From assembly GCA_001029715.1 (NCBI GenBank), contig CP011212.1:530173-594172 (forward strand): DNA of 64,000 nucleotides. Reading direction: 5' to 3'. A program made the translations under genes and the position numbers. Source of the stretch: a candidate division TM6 bacterium GW2011_GWF2_28_16 (lineage in GTDB: Bacteria > Patescibacteriota > Microgenomatia > UBA1400 > PJMF01). The notes below the pieces were generated by a model. That model made no database searches. It was given only the letters and a program-made list of their open reading frames with translations, and was not told where the DNA came from. Shown here piece by piece: positions 38,835 to 48,695 of this stretch (position 1 is its first letter; every line of letters starts with the position of its first letter).

Positions 38835-39689
38835 ATGCCTGCCAATTATCAATCTATCAGTAAAACCGCCTGGCAAATTCGTCGCGATTTAATCGAGATG
38901 ATCTATCAGGCTCAAAGTGGTCATCCGGCTGGATCTCTTGGCATGGCAGATATCTTTACAGCTCTTTTTATTGGTAAAATTCTACGCCATGATTCAAAAA
39001 GACCTGAATGGAATAAGCGCGATTATTTTTTTCTTAGTAATGGTCACATCAGTCCAGTTTTTTATGCCACTTTATCTAAAGATGGCTATTTCCCAGAGGA
39101 AGAACTTAAAACTTTTCGCCATATTAACTCTCGTCTACAAGGTCATCCACATTTTACTTTTGATCAAAAGAAAAAACTTCCTGGAATAGAGAATACTTCT
39201 GGTCCGCTTGGACAAGGTCTTTCACAGGCAGCTGGCATGGCCATTGCTTTAGAAATGGATGGCAAAAAAAATAAAGTTTTTTGTATGATGAGTGACGGCG
39301 AACAGCAAGAAGGCCAAATTTGGGAAGCCTATCAATTTATCATCCATCACCATTTAAATAATTTAATTGGCATTATTGATTTTAATAATATTCAAATTTC
39401 CGGCTCAATTAAAGAAACGCTATCTCTTGGAAATTTAAAATTAAAATTAATGAGTTTTGGTTTTAAAGTTTTAGAAATGGACGCTCATGACTTTGCCGAC
39501 ATTTTTGCCAAATTTGAACTAGCCAAAAAAGAAAATAAACAGCCAGTCATTATTATTGCCAAAAGCATTCCTGGCAAAGGCGTTTCATTCATGGAAAAAG
39601 ATTATAAATGGCATGGCAAAGCTCCAAGCGAAAGCGAGTATCAACAGGCCATTAAAGAATTAGCGATTAAGGAAAAATATTGTGGATAA
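38835..39689 (+). CDS. Transketolase, N-terminal (TPP-binding) subunit of a split transketolase
   Basis: GHPAGSLGMADIFTAL and the GDG...E TPP motif. 284 aa. Confidence 0.85.
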   Translation: MPANYQSISKTAWQIRRDLIEMIYQAQSGHPAGSLGMADIFTALFIGKILRHDSKRPEWNKRDYFFLSNGHISPVFYATLSKDGYFPEEELKTFRHINSRLQGHPHFTFDQKKKLPGIENTSGPLGQGLSQAAGMAIALEMDGKKNKVFCMMSDGEQQEGQIWEAYQFIIHHHLNNLIGIIDFNNIQISGSIKETLSLGNLKLKLMSFGFKVLEMDAHDFADIFAKFELAKKENKQPVIIIAKSIPGKGVSFMEKDYKWHGKAPSESEYQQAIKELAIKEKYCG

Positions 39690-40659
39690 ACAAGAATTAA
39701 AAGCTACTAGAGATGGTTTTGGAAACGCCATACTTGAACTTGGTCAAGAAAATGATCAGATAGTAGTGCTGTGCGCCGATTTAAATGAATCTCTGAGACT
39801 TGATAAATTCAAAGAATTCTTTCCCAATCGTTTTATCGAATGTGGTGTCGCTGAACAAAATATGATGAGCGTCGGTGCGGGCTTAGCTTTGGCTGGAAAA
39901 ATTCCTTTTATTGCTAGTTTTGCCGTTTTTAATCCTGGACGTAATTTAGACCAGCTTAGAGTAGCCGTTTATAGCGGTCTAAATATTAAAGTCATTGGCG
40001 GTCATGCTGGAATTAGTACTGGTGAAGATGGCGCCACCCATCAGGCTTTAGAAGATTTAGGCATTGTTTGTTCGCTACCAAAGATGATAGTCGTCGTTCC
40101 TGCTGACAGTAAACAGGCTGAAATCTTAACTAAAGAAATTGCTACTCAAAATGGTCCTTGCTACTTAAGACTTGGTAGAAAAAAACTTGAATCAATTGAT
40201 GACTTCATCAAATCTCCTAAAACTGAGCTTGGCAAAGCGCAAGTTTTAAAAGAGGGTAAAGATTTGAGTATTTTTGCTTGCGGATTAATGGTCCAGGAAG
40301 CTCTTAAAGCTAGTATTGAATTAGAAAAGCTTGGCTTGTCTGTAGAAGTAATTAATTTGCACACTCTCAAACCGCTTGATGAAGAAGCTATTATAAAAAG
40401 TGTTAATAAAACTGGTGCGGCAATTATCGCTGCTGAACATGAAATTTCTTCTGGCTTAGATAGCTTAGTGATTCAAACAATTGTGAAAGCTCAGGGAGAT
40501 TCTTTGAATAAAGTCATTGCCATAGAAAGTCTTGGCACAGAAACTTTTGGCGAATCCGGCAAAGATGAAGAGCTACTCAAAAAATATGGCTTAGATTGTT
40601 TGGGAATTTGTAAAAAAGCAAAATCAGTAATGATCAAGAAAAAGAAATTAAATTCATGA
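39682..40659 (+). CDS. Transketolase, C-terminal (pyrimidine-binding) subunit
   Basis: Transketolase Pyr and C-terminal domains. GTG start overlapping the upstream stop by 8 nt. Confidence 0.85.
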   Translation: MDKQELKATRDGFGNAILELGQENDQIVVLCADLNESLRLDKFKEFFPNRFIECGVAEQNMMSVGAGLALAGKIPFIASFAVFNPGRNLDQLRVAVYSGLNIKVIGGHAGISTGEDGATHQALEDLGIVCSLPKMIVVVPADSKQAEILTKEIATQNGPCYLRLGRKKLESIDDFIKSPKTELGKAQVLKEGKDLSIFACGLMVQEALKASIELEKLGLSVEVINLHTLKPLDEEAIIKSVNKTGAAIIAAEHEISSGLDSLVIQTIVKAQGDSLNKVIAIESLGTETFGESGKDEELLKKYGLDCLGICKKAKSVMIKKKKLNS

Positions 40660-41747
40660 ATAAAATAATTAAAATTATTTTTGTCGTTTTTATTTTACTT
40701 CAAATTTTTAGTGTCAATTCCAAAGCTCAAGAACAGTCTGAAACAAAAACTTATCAAGCAACAATTACTGAAATTCTAGAAAAAAATAATTCAACTAATC
40801 TAAATGCTGGAGAAATGTTCCAAAAATTAGAATTAGTGGTTACAAGTAAAGGAGAGCTAAAATCAGAAAAAATTTCTCTAGAAAATATTGATCCCCGAAT
40901 TGAATATAAAGTTGGAGATAAACTAATGATTTATCGTGCCAATGCAGAAACCTTTCTTATCGCCGACCAAGTTCGTACCAATGCATTATTTATTCTATTT
41001 TTAGTTTTTATTTTTTTTGTTTTACTTATTTCTAGATGGAGAGGATTAGGCTCACTACTTGGCATGAGTTTCTCCTTTTTAGTAATTATTTATTTTATTC
41101 TGCCAAGAATTGCCACTGGCGGCGATCCAATTCTAATTGCCATCATTGGTTCTTTATTAATTATTCCCGCTACTTTCTATCCTTCTCATGGAATGAATCG
41201 TAAAACTACCATCGCTGTTTTCAGCACTCTAATCGCTTTAGTTGTTACTGGTTTTCTAGCAAGTTTTTTTATTAATTTCGCTAAGTTAAGTGGTCTCTCA
41301 TCTGAAGAAGCTGGCTTTTTACAAACAATAAATCCAGGTTTATTTAATATGAAAGGTCTACTTTTAGCTGGAATAATCATCGGTGTTTTGGGAGTTTTGG
41401 ACGACGTAACTGTTTCTCAAGCTTCAATTGTTGAACAACTCAAAATCGCTGATCCTAATCTGAAAACTACTGAGCTTTACAAAAAAGCCATGCAAGTTGG
41501 CCATGATCACATTTCATCAATGGTCAACACTTTAGTTTTGGTTTACGCTGGAGCTTCTTTGCCGCTCTTATTACTTTTCAATGATGCTGCGAGACCATTT
41601 TCTGAAATCCTCAACTATGAAATTATTGCCGATGAAATTGTTCGCACTTTAGTGGGTAGTATTGGCCTCATCTTGGCAGTGCCAATTAGCACCTTCTTTG
41701 CTGTGATCTTTCTTGGCAAATCAAATAATAAAATATCACAGGATTAA
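40656..41747 (+). CDS. YibE/F-like integral membrane protein
   Basis: An N-terminal extracytoplasmic domain followed by about 7 TM helices, which is the YibE/F family architecture. Confidence 0.4.
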   Translation: MNKIIKIIFVVFILLQIFSVNSKAQEQSETKTYQATITEILEKNNSTNLNAGEMFQKLELVVTSKGELKSEKISLENIDPRIEYKVGDKLMIYRANAETFLIADQVRTNALFILFLVFIFFVLLISRWRGLGSLLGMSFSFLVIIYFILPRIATGGDPILIAIIGSLLIIPATFYPSHGMNRKTTIAVFSTLIALVVTGFLASFFINFAKLSGLSSEEAGFLQTINPGLFNMKGLLLAGIIIGVLGVLDDVTVSQASIVEQLKIADPNLKTTELYKKAMQVGHDHISSMVNTLVLVYAGASLPLLLLFNDAARPFSEILNYEIIADEIVRTLVGSIGLILAVPISTFFAVIFLGKSNNKISQD

Positions 41748-41759
41748 AAATTGTTATTT

Positions 41760-42104
41760 TTAAGCAGGAAAAGATGGTACTTCTTCGCTGGTGAATTCCT
41801 TAATAAATCTAGCAAGAAATGTATATTTACCTGCTAAATTAAGGTAACTCTCTTGTAATTCTGGTTTTTCGGCTAAATCTGAAAGTATTTTTATTAAATT
41901 TAAAACTTGATTAGTTATTTCTTCACTAGGCTTATTCTCTTCACTGAAATTAGCCAATATAATTTTCTTTTGTATTTCAGAAAATTTTTCATCGATTTCT
42001 TCTATAACAAGATTAATTTCTTCTTGAGAAAGTTTTTCTTCTTCATTTATTGGCTTGTTCATTCCATCTAAATTTGATTCTGCTATGATCATAAAATCTT
42101 TCAA
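41760..42104 (-). CDS. Hypothetical acidic protein (114 aa)
   Basis: ORF only. Glu-rich. Confidence 0.3.
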   Translation of the reverse strand: MKDFMIIAESNLDGMNKPINEEEKLSQEEINLVIEEIDEKFSEIQKKIILANFSEENKPSEEITNQVLNLIKILSDLAEKPELQESYLNLAGKYTFLARFIKEFTSEEVPSFPA

Positions 42105-42140
42105 TAAATTGTATTAAGCAAATATATCATTTAAAAGATT

Positions 42141-43004
42141 CTAAATACACTGACAGCTTGGACAATAAAACGTCCCGCGACCACCTTGTTTAATTCTAAT
42201 AATTTTGCTGCCACACTTTAAACAAGGCTGACCTTCTCGTCCATAAACTTTTAATTCGTTTTGAAAACCACCTGCAAAACCATCAACTCCCACATATTTA
42301 CCATCAAAAGTCGTGCCACCTAACTGAGTAGAACGTTCAATAATTTTCTGCATGGCCTGGAGTAATTTTTTCATTTGTTTTGGGTTGATTTCTTTGGCAG
42401 GAATTTTTGGATTAAGGCTAACCGCAAAAAGCGATTCACTAGCATAAATATTTCCTACTCCACAAATAACTTTGTTATCCATAATAAATTGTTTTATCGG
42501 GATTTGACGCTTTTTAGCAAGGTCTATTAAGTAATCTGCAGTCAAATTTGGGTCATCAATATCTGGACCATAATTCACAAATTCTTTGCTAACATCAATT
42601 TTAAGCGGCGAGCGGATCCAGCCAAAAACACGCATGTCGTTGAAAAAAAGCCGCGAGCCGTCAGTAAAATTAAAAATCACTCTAGTGTGCTTAGCTGGCA
42701 GATCATTGACCCAATCAGCAGTTGGATGACCGCCGCCGGCTCTTTTGCCATCAACATCGACAAAAATTAATTGGCCAGTCATTTTTAAGTGAATTAAAAG
42801 ATCGCGCTCACCACTGATTACAATTTGTAAAATTTTGGCGCGGCGCTTAACTTCTACAACAGTTTGATTTGAAATTTCTTGACCAAAAATAGGGAAGGCC
42901 AGAAAACTTTTGTCACGTAAAACTTCAATTTGTTGAATTTGTCGATTCGCTAAAACTACATTAAGTTTGCGACGAATAGATTCAACTTCTGGAAGTTCTG
43001 GCAT
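42141..43004 (-). CDS. mutM: Formamidopyrimidine-DNA glycosylase (Fpg/MutM)
   Basis: N-terminal PELPEVE catalytic Pro/Glu and a C-terminal C4 zinc finger (CLKCG...CPSCQ). Confidence 0.8.
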   Translation of the reverse strand: MPELPEVESIRRKLNVVLANRQIQQIEVLRDKSFLAFPIFGQEISNQTVVEVKRRAKILQIVISGERDLLIHLKMTGQLIFVDVDGKRAGGGHPTADWVNDLPAKHTRVIFNFTDGSRLFFNDMRVFGWIRSPLKIDVSKEFVNYGPDIDDPNLTADYLIDLAKKRQIPIKQFIMDNKVICGVGNIYASESLFAVSLNPKIPAKEINPKQMKKLLQAMQKIIERSTQLGGTTFDGKYVGVDGFAGGFQNELKVYGREGQPCLKCGSKIIRIKQGGRGTFYCPSCQCI

Positions 43005-43564
43005 TAGTTTTTTTTAATTAATTCAAGTAAAAATGGAAATTTTTTATATTCTTCACCAAACGAGCCAACGCTGAAATGTTTTTGACCTTTTCTAACAATA
43101 AGTTCGCCACCTAACTTCTCAGCCAAAAATTCAGCGTGTTCCAATGGGCAATAAGGATCGTTATCCGAGTGGATAAAAATAAAATGTTTTGCTTTATTTT
43201 TTATTTTGGCAAAATCAAATGGTTCTTCAAACAAACCGTCCAAAGCATCCCAATCTAAATTGTCTTTAAAAGCACCAATTAAATAACAGCTATTAACCAC
43301 AACTGACTCTGGCAATACTTGTAGTAGTCCCAAAATTGCCACTGCTCCAGAAGAATGACCGATTAGAATACTGTCTTTATTAAATTGATAAGATTTTTCT
43401 TCTAGTAAAAATTTATTGTAGGTTTTAATATTTGGGCGATCACAATTTGGCAATTGAGGCAAATTGACTTGCCATGATTTTTTCTCTAATTCTTGACGCA
43501 ACCAATCAAACCAATTTTCTGTTGGATAGCCATCTGTTCCGTGCAGAATAATGGCATTTTTCAT
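43004..43564 (-). CDS. Alpha/beta hydrolase (RBBP9/YdeN-like serine hydrolase)
   Basis: GHSSG nucleophile elbow and IILHG. The ATG at 43564 is preferred to the ORF-track TTG at 43594, which would overlap secA. Confidence 0.55.
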   Translation of the reverse strand: MKNAIILHGTDGYPTENWFDWLRQELEKKSWQVNLPQLPNCDRPNIKTYNKFLLEEKSYQFNKDSILIGHSSGAVAILGLLQVLPESVVVNSCYLIGAFKDNLDWDALDGLFEEPFDFAKIKNKAKHFIFIHSDNDPYCPLEHAEFLAEKLGGELIVRKGQKHFSVGSFGEEYKKFPFLLELIKKN

Positions 43565-43568
43565 AGAT

Positions 43569-46500
43569 TTACTCCTTATGTTCCTTCGCTCCAATCAAAC
43601 CACATTTTTTATATTTAAGTCCCGAACCACAAGGACAAAGGTCATTGCGACCAACTTTGGCATATTTATCAGTAGTACCACTACCTGTAGTAGTGCTACT
43701 CGAGTTTTGGCCACCAGCCATTTTACCTAATGCGACGGCTAAATCATTAGCGTTGCCTTTTCGGTTACTATTTCCGCTAGTAGCATTTTCTTGTCTTCTT
43801 TCCACTTGAACTGCCTGTCCTAAGCTAGGCGTCGCTTCCGAAGGAGCTTGCAAATTAATTTTTGCTGGCATAGTAGAACGTTGCATCATTGGCTGGACAC
43901 GGAAAATGCGAGCGGCAATGGTACTTTCGACAGTAGCAATTAAATCCTCAAACATTAAAAAAGCTTCTTTTTTGTATTCTGCCAGAACGGTATTTTTATC
44001 GCCACGCAACCAAATACCTTCACGCAAATCTTCCACAGCGTCCAAGTGATCCATCCATTTTTCATCAATGGTGGAGAGGACTACATATTTTTCTAGTTCG
44101 CGCATAATGGCTTCACCAAGAATTTGTTCTCTGGATTCATAAGTCTTGCTAATTACATCCATGAGTTCATTACTAATTTCTTCTGTGTTAGACAGCTTGC
44201 TAATTTTTTTAGCTAATCTACTCTGCGAAGCATCATCAAAAGGAATAATCCTCACAAACTCTTTAGTAATTGCTGCAAATTCCTCATCAGTGAAATTTTC
44301 AGGAGCCCGTAGCGAAACGAGACTTGTGATCTCATTACTTAAGTAATCCATGATTTGGTCTTTGAGAGTAATTTTTTTACCTGTCTCATCGAGCAAAACT
44401 GTTGCTAATTTGTCATCAGAGCCTTTACTTATTTCAGCTTTAATTGTGCCAGCTTCTAATAAACGACGACGACGTTTATAAATAATCTCGCGATGTTTAT
44501 TCATCACATCGTCAAATTCAACCAAGCGTTTACGTTGATCAAAAAAGAAAGTTTCCACTTTGACCTGAGCTGATTCAATGGCTTTGCTAACCATCGGATT
44601 TTCGATGGCCTGATCTTCATCTATCTTGAGAAAATCCATCACTTTGGCAATTTGCTCACCACCAAAAATACGCATAATTTCATCATCAAGAGCCACAAAA
44701 AATTGCGAAGTTCCTGGATCACCCTGACGACCAGAACGACCACGGAGCTGATTATCAATACGACGAGACTCATGACGTTCAGTCGCCACAATTGCCAAAC
44801 CACCTACAGACACTACATCGTCATGATCTTTTTGCCATTTTTCCAAAGCAGTAGCGTAAGCATCTAAATCATAGTTGGCTGGATTAATCGAAGTTGGTAA
44901 GCCAAGCTTCTCATATTTTTTAGCTAAAGTAATTTTCTTTTTACTGCGCTCCTTTTTCAAAAAGTCTTTGAGCTCAGGTTTGGCTCCACCAAGGACAATA
45001 TCAACACCACGACCAGCAATATTAGTAGCCACCGTAATGGCTCCACGACGCCCAGCATCGGCAATAATGAAAGCCTCTTTCTCATGATTCTTAGCATTTA
45101 AAACTTGATGAGGGATATTTTTTCTCTTCAAAAAGTTAGCCACAATTTGATTGTGTTCAATTGAACGAGTACCAATTAAAACTGGACGACCAGCAGCATG
45201 AATTTCTTCCACTGCCTTAACAATGGCTGAATATTTGGCAGCTGTATTTTTGTAAACTTGATCTGGCAAATCTTGACGGACCACTGGTTGATTAGTTGGA
45301 ATAGCCAAAACATCCACGTGATAAATTTGGTTAAATTCTTCTGACTCGGTCAAGGCTGTTCCAGTCATACCAGAAAGTTTCTGATACATGCGGAAATAAT
45401 TTTGCAAAGAAACAGTGGCTAGCGTACGTGATTCTTGCTGAATCGGCACCCCTTCTTTGGCCTCAATAGCCTGATGAAGGCCATCGCTATAACGACGACC
45501 AAACATTAAACGTCCAGTGTGCTCGTCGACAATTACCACCTGATTATCTTTAACAATGTATTCTTTATCGCGATGATAAAGAGTAGAGGCTTTGAGTGAA
45601 GATTCAACGTGATGGATGGTGTCAAAACTTTCTTCGTAGAGATTTTTGACTCCCAATTTAGCTTCAATGCGTTTGACACCTAAATCTGTTAGAGTAGCAG
45701 TTTTGGATTTTTCATCCAATTTGAAATCTTGATCAATTACCAAAGAATGGACCATTTTGGCATATTCAAAATATTTATCTGTTGGCTCACTGTCCGGGGC
45801 TGAAATAATTAAAGGCGTACGCGCTTCATCAATCAAAATGGAATCAGCCTCGTCAACAATGGCAAAATAATGAGGAGTATCTTGGCGCTGAACCATTTGA
45901 TCCAAACTCTGAATCATGTTATCGCGCAAATAATCAAAACCAAATTCATTGTTAGTGCCATAAGTAATATCGGCTAGATAAGCATCTTGGCGAGCAATCT
46001 CTTCGAAATGTTCTAAACGCTCGTCGCCCCGCTCCTCGCTATCAACATCAGGATTATATAAACGAGCATGATCATGAACAATTACAGCAGCTTTAAGACC
46101 TAAGAAATGATACAAAGGACCCATCCAACCCAAACCAATTTCAGATAAGTAATCATTAACAGTAATTAATTGGACACCTTTGCCAAGTAGAGCATTGAGG
46201 TAGAGTGGACAGGTCACGGTCAAAGTTTTACCTTCACCAGTTTTTTGTTCTGTGATGTTACTACGGTGAAGAGCTACTCCAGCCAAAAGTTGCACATCAA
46301 AGTGTCGCATCCCTAAAATACGGCGTGAGGCTTCACGCACCGTGGCATATGCCTCAGGCATAATTTCTTCTAAAACCGCTTGTTCTTTTTCCTTGAGAGT
46401 TTCTGCATTGGCATCAGCAACTACTTCAGCAATTCTGGCCTTAAATTTATCTGTTTGTGCAGCTAATTCCTGATCACTAAGCTCCTGCATTTGAGGCTCA

Positions 46501-46586
46501 AAGGCATTAATTTGATCAACAATTATTTGATATTCCCTAATTTTCTTGGCTTCTTCATCAAATAAATTCTTAAAAAATTTAAACAT
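43569..46586 (-). CDS. secA: Preprotein translocase ATPase SecA
   Basis: DEAD-like motor domains and a C-terminal zinc-binding CPCGSGLKYKKC. Confidence 0.95.
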   Translation of the reverse strand: MFKFFKNLFDEEAKKIREYQIIVDQINAFEPQMQELSDQELAAQTDKFKARIAEVVADANAETLKEKEQAVLEEIMPEAYATVREASRRILGMRHFDVQLLAGVALHRSNITEQKTGEGKTLTVTCPLYLNALLGKGVQLITVNDYLSEIGLGWMGPLYHFLGLKAAVIVHDHARLYNPDVDSEERGDERLEHFEEIARQDAYLADITYGTNNEFGFDYLRDNMIQSLDQMVQRQDTPHYFAIVDEADSILIDEARTPLIISAPDSEPTDKYFEYAKMVHSLVIDQDFKLDEKSKTATLTDLGVKRIEAKLGVKNLYEESFDTIHHVESSLKASTLYHRDKEYIVKDNQVVIVDEHTGRLMFGRRYSDGLHQAIEAKEGVPIQQESRTLATVSLQNYFRMYQKLSGMTGTALTESEEFNQIYHVDVLAIPTNQPVVRQDLPDQVYKNTAAKYSAIVKAVEEIHAAGRPVLIGTRSIEHNQIVANFLKRKNIPHQVLNAKNHEKEAFIIADAGRRGAITVATNIAGRGVDIVLGGAKPELKDFLKKERSKKKITLAKKYEKLGLPTSINPANYDLDAYATALEKWQKDHDDVVSVGGLAIVATERHESRRIDNQLRGRSGRQGDPGTSQFFVALDDEIMRIFGGEQIAKVMDFLKIDEDQAIENPMVSKAIESAQVKVETFFFDQRKRLVEFDDVMNKHREIIYKRRRRLLEAGTIKAEISKGSDDKLATVLLDETGKKITLKDQIMDYLSNEITSLVSLRAPENFTDEEFAAITKEFVRIIPFDDASQSRLAKKISKLSNTEEISNELMDVISKTYESREQILGEAIMRELEKYVVLSTIDEKWMDHLDAVEDLREGIWLRGDKNTVLAEYKKEAFLMFEDLIATVESTIAARIFRVQPMMQRSTMPAKINLQAPSEATPSLGQAVQVERRQENATSGNSNRKGNANDLAVALGKMAGGQNSSSTTTGSGTTDKYAKVGRNDLCPCGSGLKYKKCGLIGAKEHKE

Positions 46587-46612
46587 AGGATCCTACTTAT
46601 ACCATTTATTTT

Positions 46613-47926
46613 CTAGATCATAAATGGGCGCAACACCTCTGGAATCTCTACGGAACCATCGGCCTGTTGATAATTTTCAATCACTGCTGCCAATAGACGT
46701 GGCGAAGCAGCGACAGTGTTATTAAGAGTATAAACAAATTTAGTACTGCCATCTTTAGCTTGATAGCGAATATTAAGACGTCTGGACTGAAAATCATTAA
46801 AATAGCTAGCAGAATGAGTTTCGCGATATTTACTCTGACCAGGGAACCAAGTTTCGATATCGTATTTTTTGCGCTGGCCTGCACCCATATCGCCAGTGCA
46901 CATTAATAAAACTTGATAAGGTAAATTCAAGCCACGCAGTAATTCCTCAGAAAAACCCAACATTTTTTGGTGCCAATCTCTAGTGACTTCTTCGTCAGCT
47001 ACGGTTAGAACCACTTGTTCAACCTTGTTAAACTGGTGAACACGAATAATACCTTTAGTATCTTTGCCATAAGAACCAACTTCACGACGATAGCAAGGAG
47101 AAATACCACAAATCTTAATTGGGAGATCCTTTTCACGTAAAAGTTCACCGCCATAATATGAAGTTAGAGCTACTTCGGCTGTCCCAGCTAAAATTTGGCC
47201 ATCTTGAGTGTAATAATGATCTTCAGCTCCCCAAGGGAAATAGCCAGTACCGAACATTGCTTCTTTATTGACTAAAGAGGGTACAGACATTGGCGTAAAG
47301 CCATGTTTCTTCATGATTGAAAGAGCATAAAGCATTAAGGCTTGCTCGAGCATAAGAGCATCATTCTTCAAGAAATAAGCTCTAAAACCAGCAATCTTGG
47401 TAGCACGTTCAGTGTCTAGCCAATCTAAGTCTTTCATGATTATTTCATGAGTTTTTGGAGTGAAATCGAATTCGCGTTTTTGACCTTCTTGTCTGACTAC
47501 TTGGTTAGAATTTTCATCTTTGCCAACTGGCACATCGGCGGCGGGGATGTTGGGAATGCTCGAAAGCAATTCTAAATATTTTTCGTTAATTTCTTTATCT
47601 TGAGGCTCCAAATCTTTAAGCTTAGTTTTTAAATTTTTGCTTTCTTCTAATTTTTCATTAAAATCCGATTCTTCTTTTGTTGGAAGATTTAATCCTGTAG
47701 AAACTTCTCCGTCTTTTAAGTTTTTTTGGTTTGAGACAATTATTTCTTGTATCTCTTTAGTTTTTTTATTAATCTCTGCTTTCAAACCATCCGTTTTTTG
47801 CTGAAGCAAACGTCTCTCTTCATCAACTTCCAATAACTGATCAACAATAGAAGGATCAAGGTTCTTGTTAAGACAAGCCTCTTTAACCTGATCTTTATTT
47901 TGGCGAACAAAATTGATGTCTAACAT
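46613..47926 (-). CDS. serS: Seryl-tRNA synthetase
   Basis: N-terminal coiled coil and class II motifs. MLDINFVRQN matches the SerRS start. Confidence 0.9.
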   Translation of the reverse strand: MLDINFVRQNKDQVKEACLNKNLDPSIVDQLLEVDEERRLLQQKTDGLKAEINKKTKEIQEIIVSNQKNLKDGEVSTGLNLPTKEESDFNEKLEESKNLKTKLKDLEPQDKEINEKYLELLSSIPNIPAADVPVGKDENSNQVVRQEGQKREFDFTPKTHEIIMKDLDWLDTERATKIAGFRAYFLKNDALMLEQALMLYALSIMKKHGFTPMSVPSLVNKEAMFGTGYFPWGAEDHYYTQDGQILAGTAEVALTSYYGGELLREKDLPIKICGISPCYRREVGSYGKDTKGIIRVHQFNKVEQVVLTVADEEVTRDWHQKMLGFSEELLRGLNLPYQVLLMCTGDMGAGQRKKYDIETWFPGQSKYRETHSASYFNDFQSRRLNIRYQAKDGSTKFVYTLNNTVAASPRLLAAVIENYQQADGSVEIPEVLRPFMI

Positions 47927-47952
47927 AGTTCCTTGCTTTAATTATTAAATTT

Positions 47953-48153
47953 CTATTTTTTATGTGTTATTGCAAAAGTACTAAAAGCTGAATTTTTTTC
48001 ATCCCAAGACAAGGCAATGGCTGCATTAACTAACAACTGTAGTGCTTCTGCATCAACTTTTGAAGCTAGCTCATTTAAAGCCTCTGGACTTGAATTTTGA
48101 TGCAATAATGATTCTGCCTCTTTGGTGTCTGTTATTACGATTTTTTCTCCCAT
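47953..48153 (-). CDS. Hypothetical small protein (66 aa)
   Basis: ORF only. Confidence 0.2.
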   Translation of the reverse strand: MGEKIVITDTKEAESLLHQNSSPEALNELASKVDAEALQLLVNAAIALSWDEKNSAFSTFAITHKK

Positions 48154-48164
48154 ATTTTCTTTCT

Positions 48165-48695
48165 TTAACTCCTAAACACATTAATTAAAAATTCAATGTG
48201 CTCATCTGGAGTTTTATTAATTAATAAAAAGCCTTGTTGAATATCTTCACGACTAACATTAGCTGCAAAAGATTTGTCTTTGATTTTCTTCTTGACTGAT
48301 TTAGTTTGCATATCAGCAAAACCATTGGGTCGCATAAGTGACACTGCATTCATTAAACCACTTAATTCATCACAAGCAAAAAGATATCTATCCAGCAAGC
48401 TTTCAGCTTGAACATTGGTTCGTCCTGGAGCATGGGCTAAGATCGCCTGTTTCATTTCTTCTGGATATTCTTCAAAAAATTCAGCCACGGCTTTCATGGG
48501 ATGTTCGTCGGGAAATTGCTCCCAATCCACATCGTGAAGTAAACCAGTAGCATACCAAAGTTCTACATCTTGATTTAAAGCTTTGCCATAAGCCTCCATT
48601 GCTTGAGCCACCATATAACAATGATGGAGGAGAGCTTCATTTTTGATATATGTTTTTAGTAAGGTTTCGCTAGATGCTCTGCTTGGTAGATTCAT
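48165..48695 (-). CDS. HD-domain metal-dependent phosphohydrolase
   Basis: H...HD motif (YATGLLHDVD). The start overlaps the lysK stop (ATGA). Confidence 0.55.
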   Translation of the reverse strand: MNLPSRASSETLLKTYIKNEALLHHCYMVAQAMEAYGKALNQDVELWYATGLLHDVDWEQFPDEHPMKAVAEFFEEYPEEMKQAILAHAPGRTNVQAESLLDRYLFACDELSGLMNAVSLMRPNGFADMQTKSVKKKIKDKSFAANVSREDIQQGFLLINKTPDEHIEFLINVFRS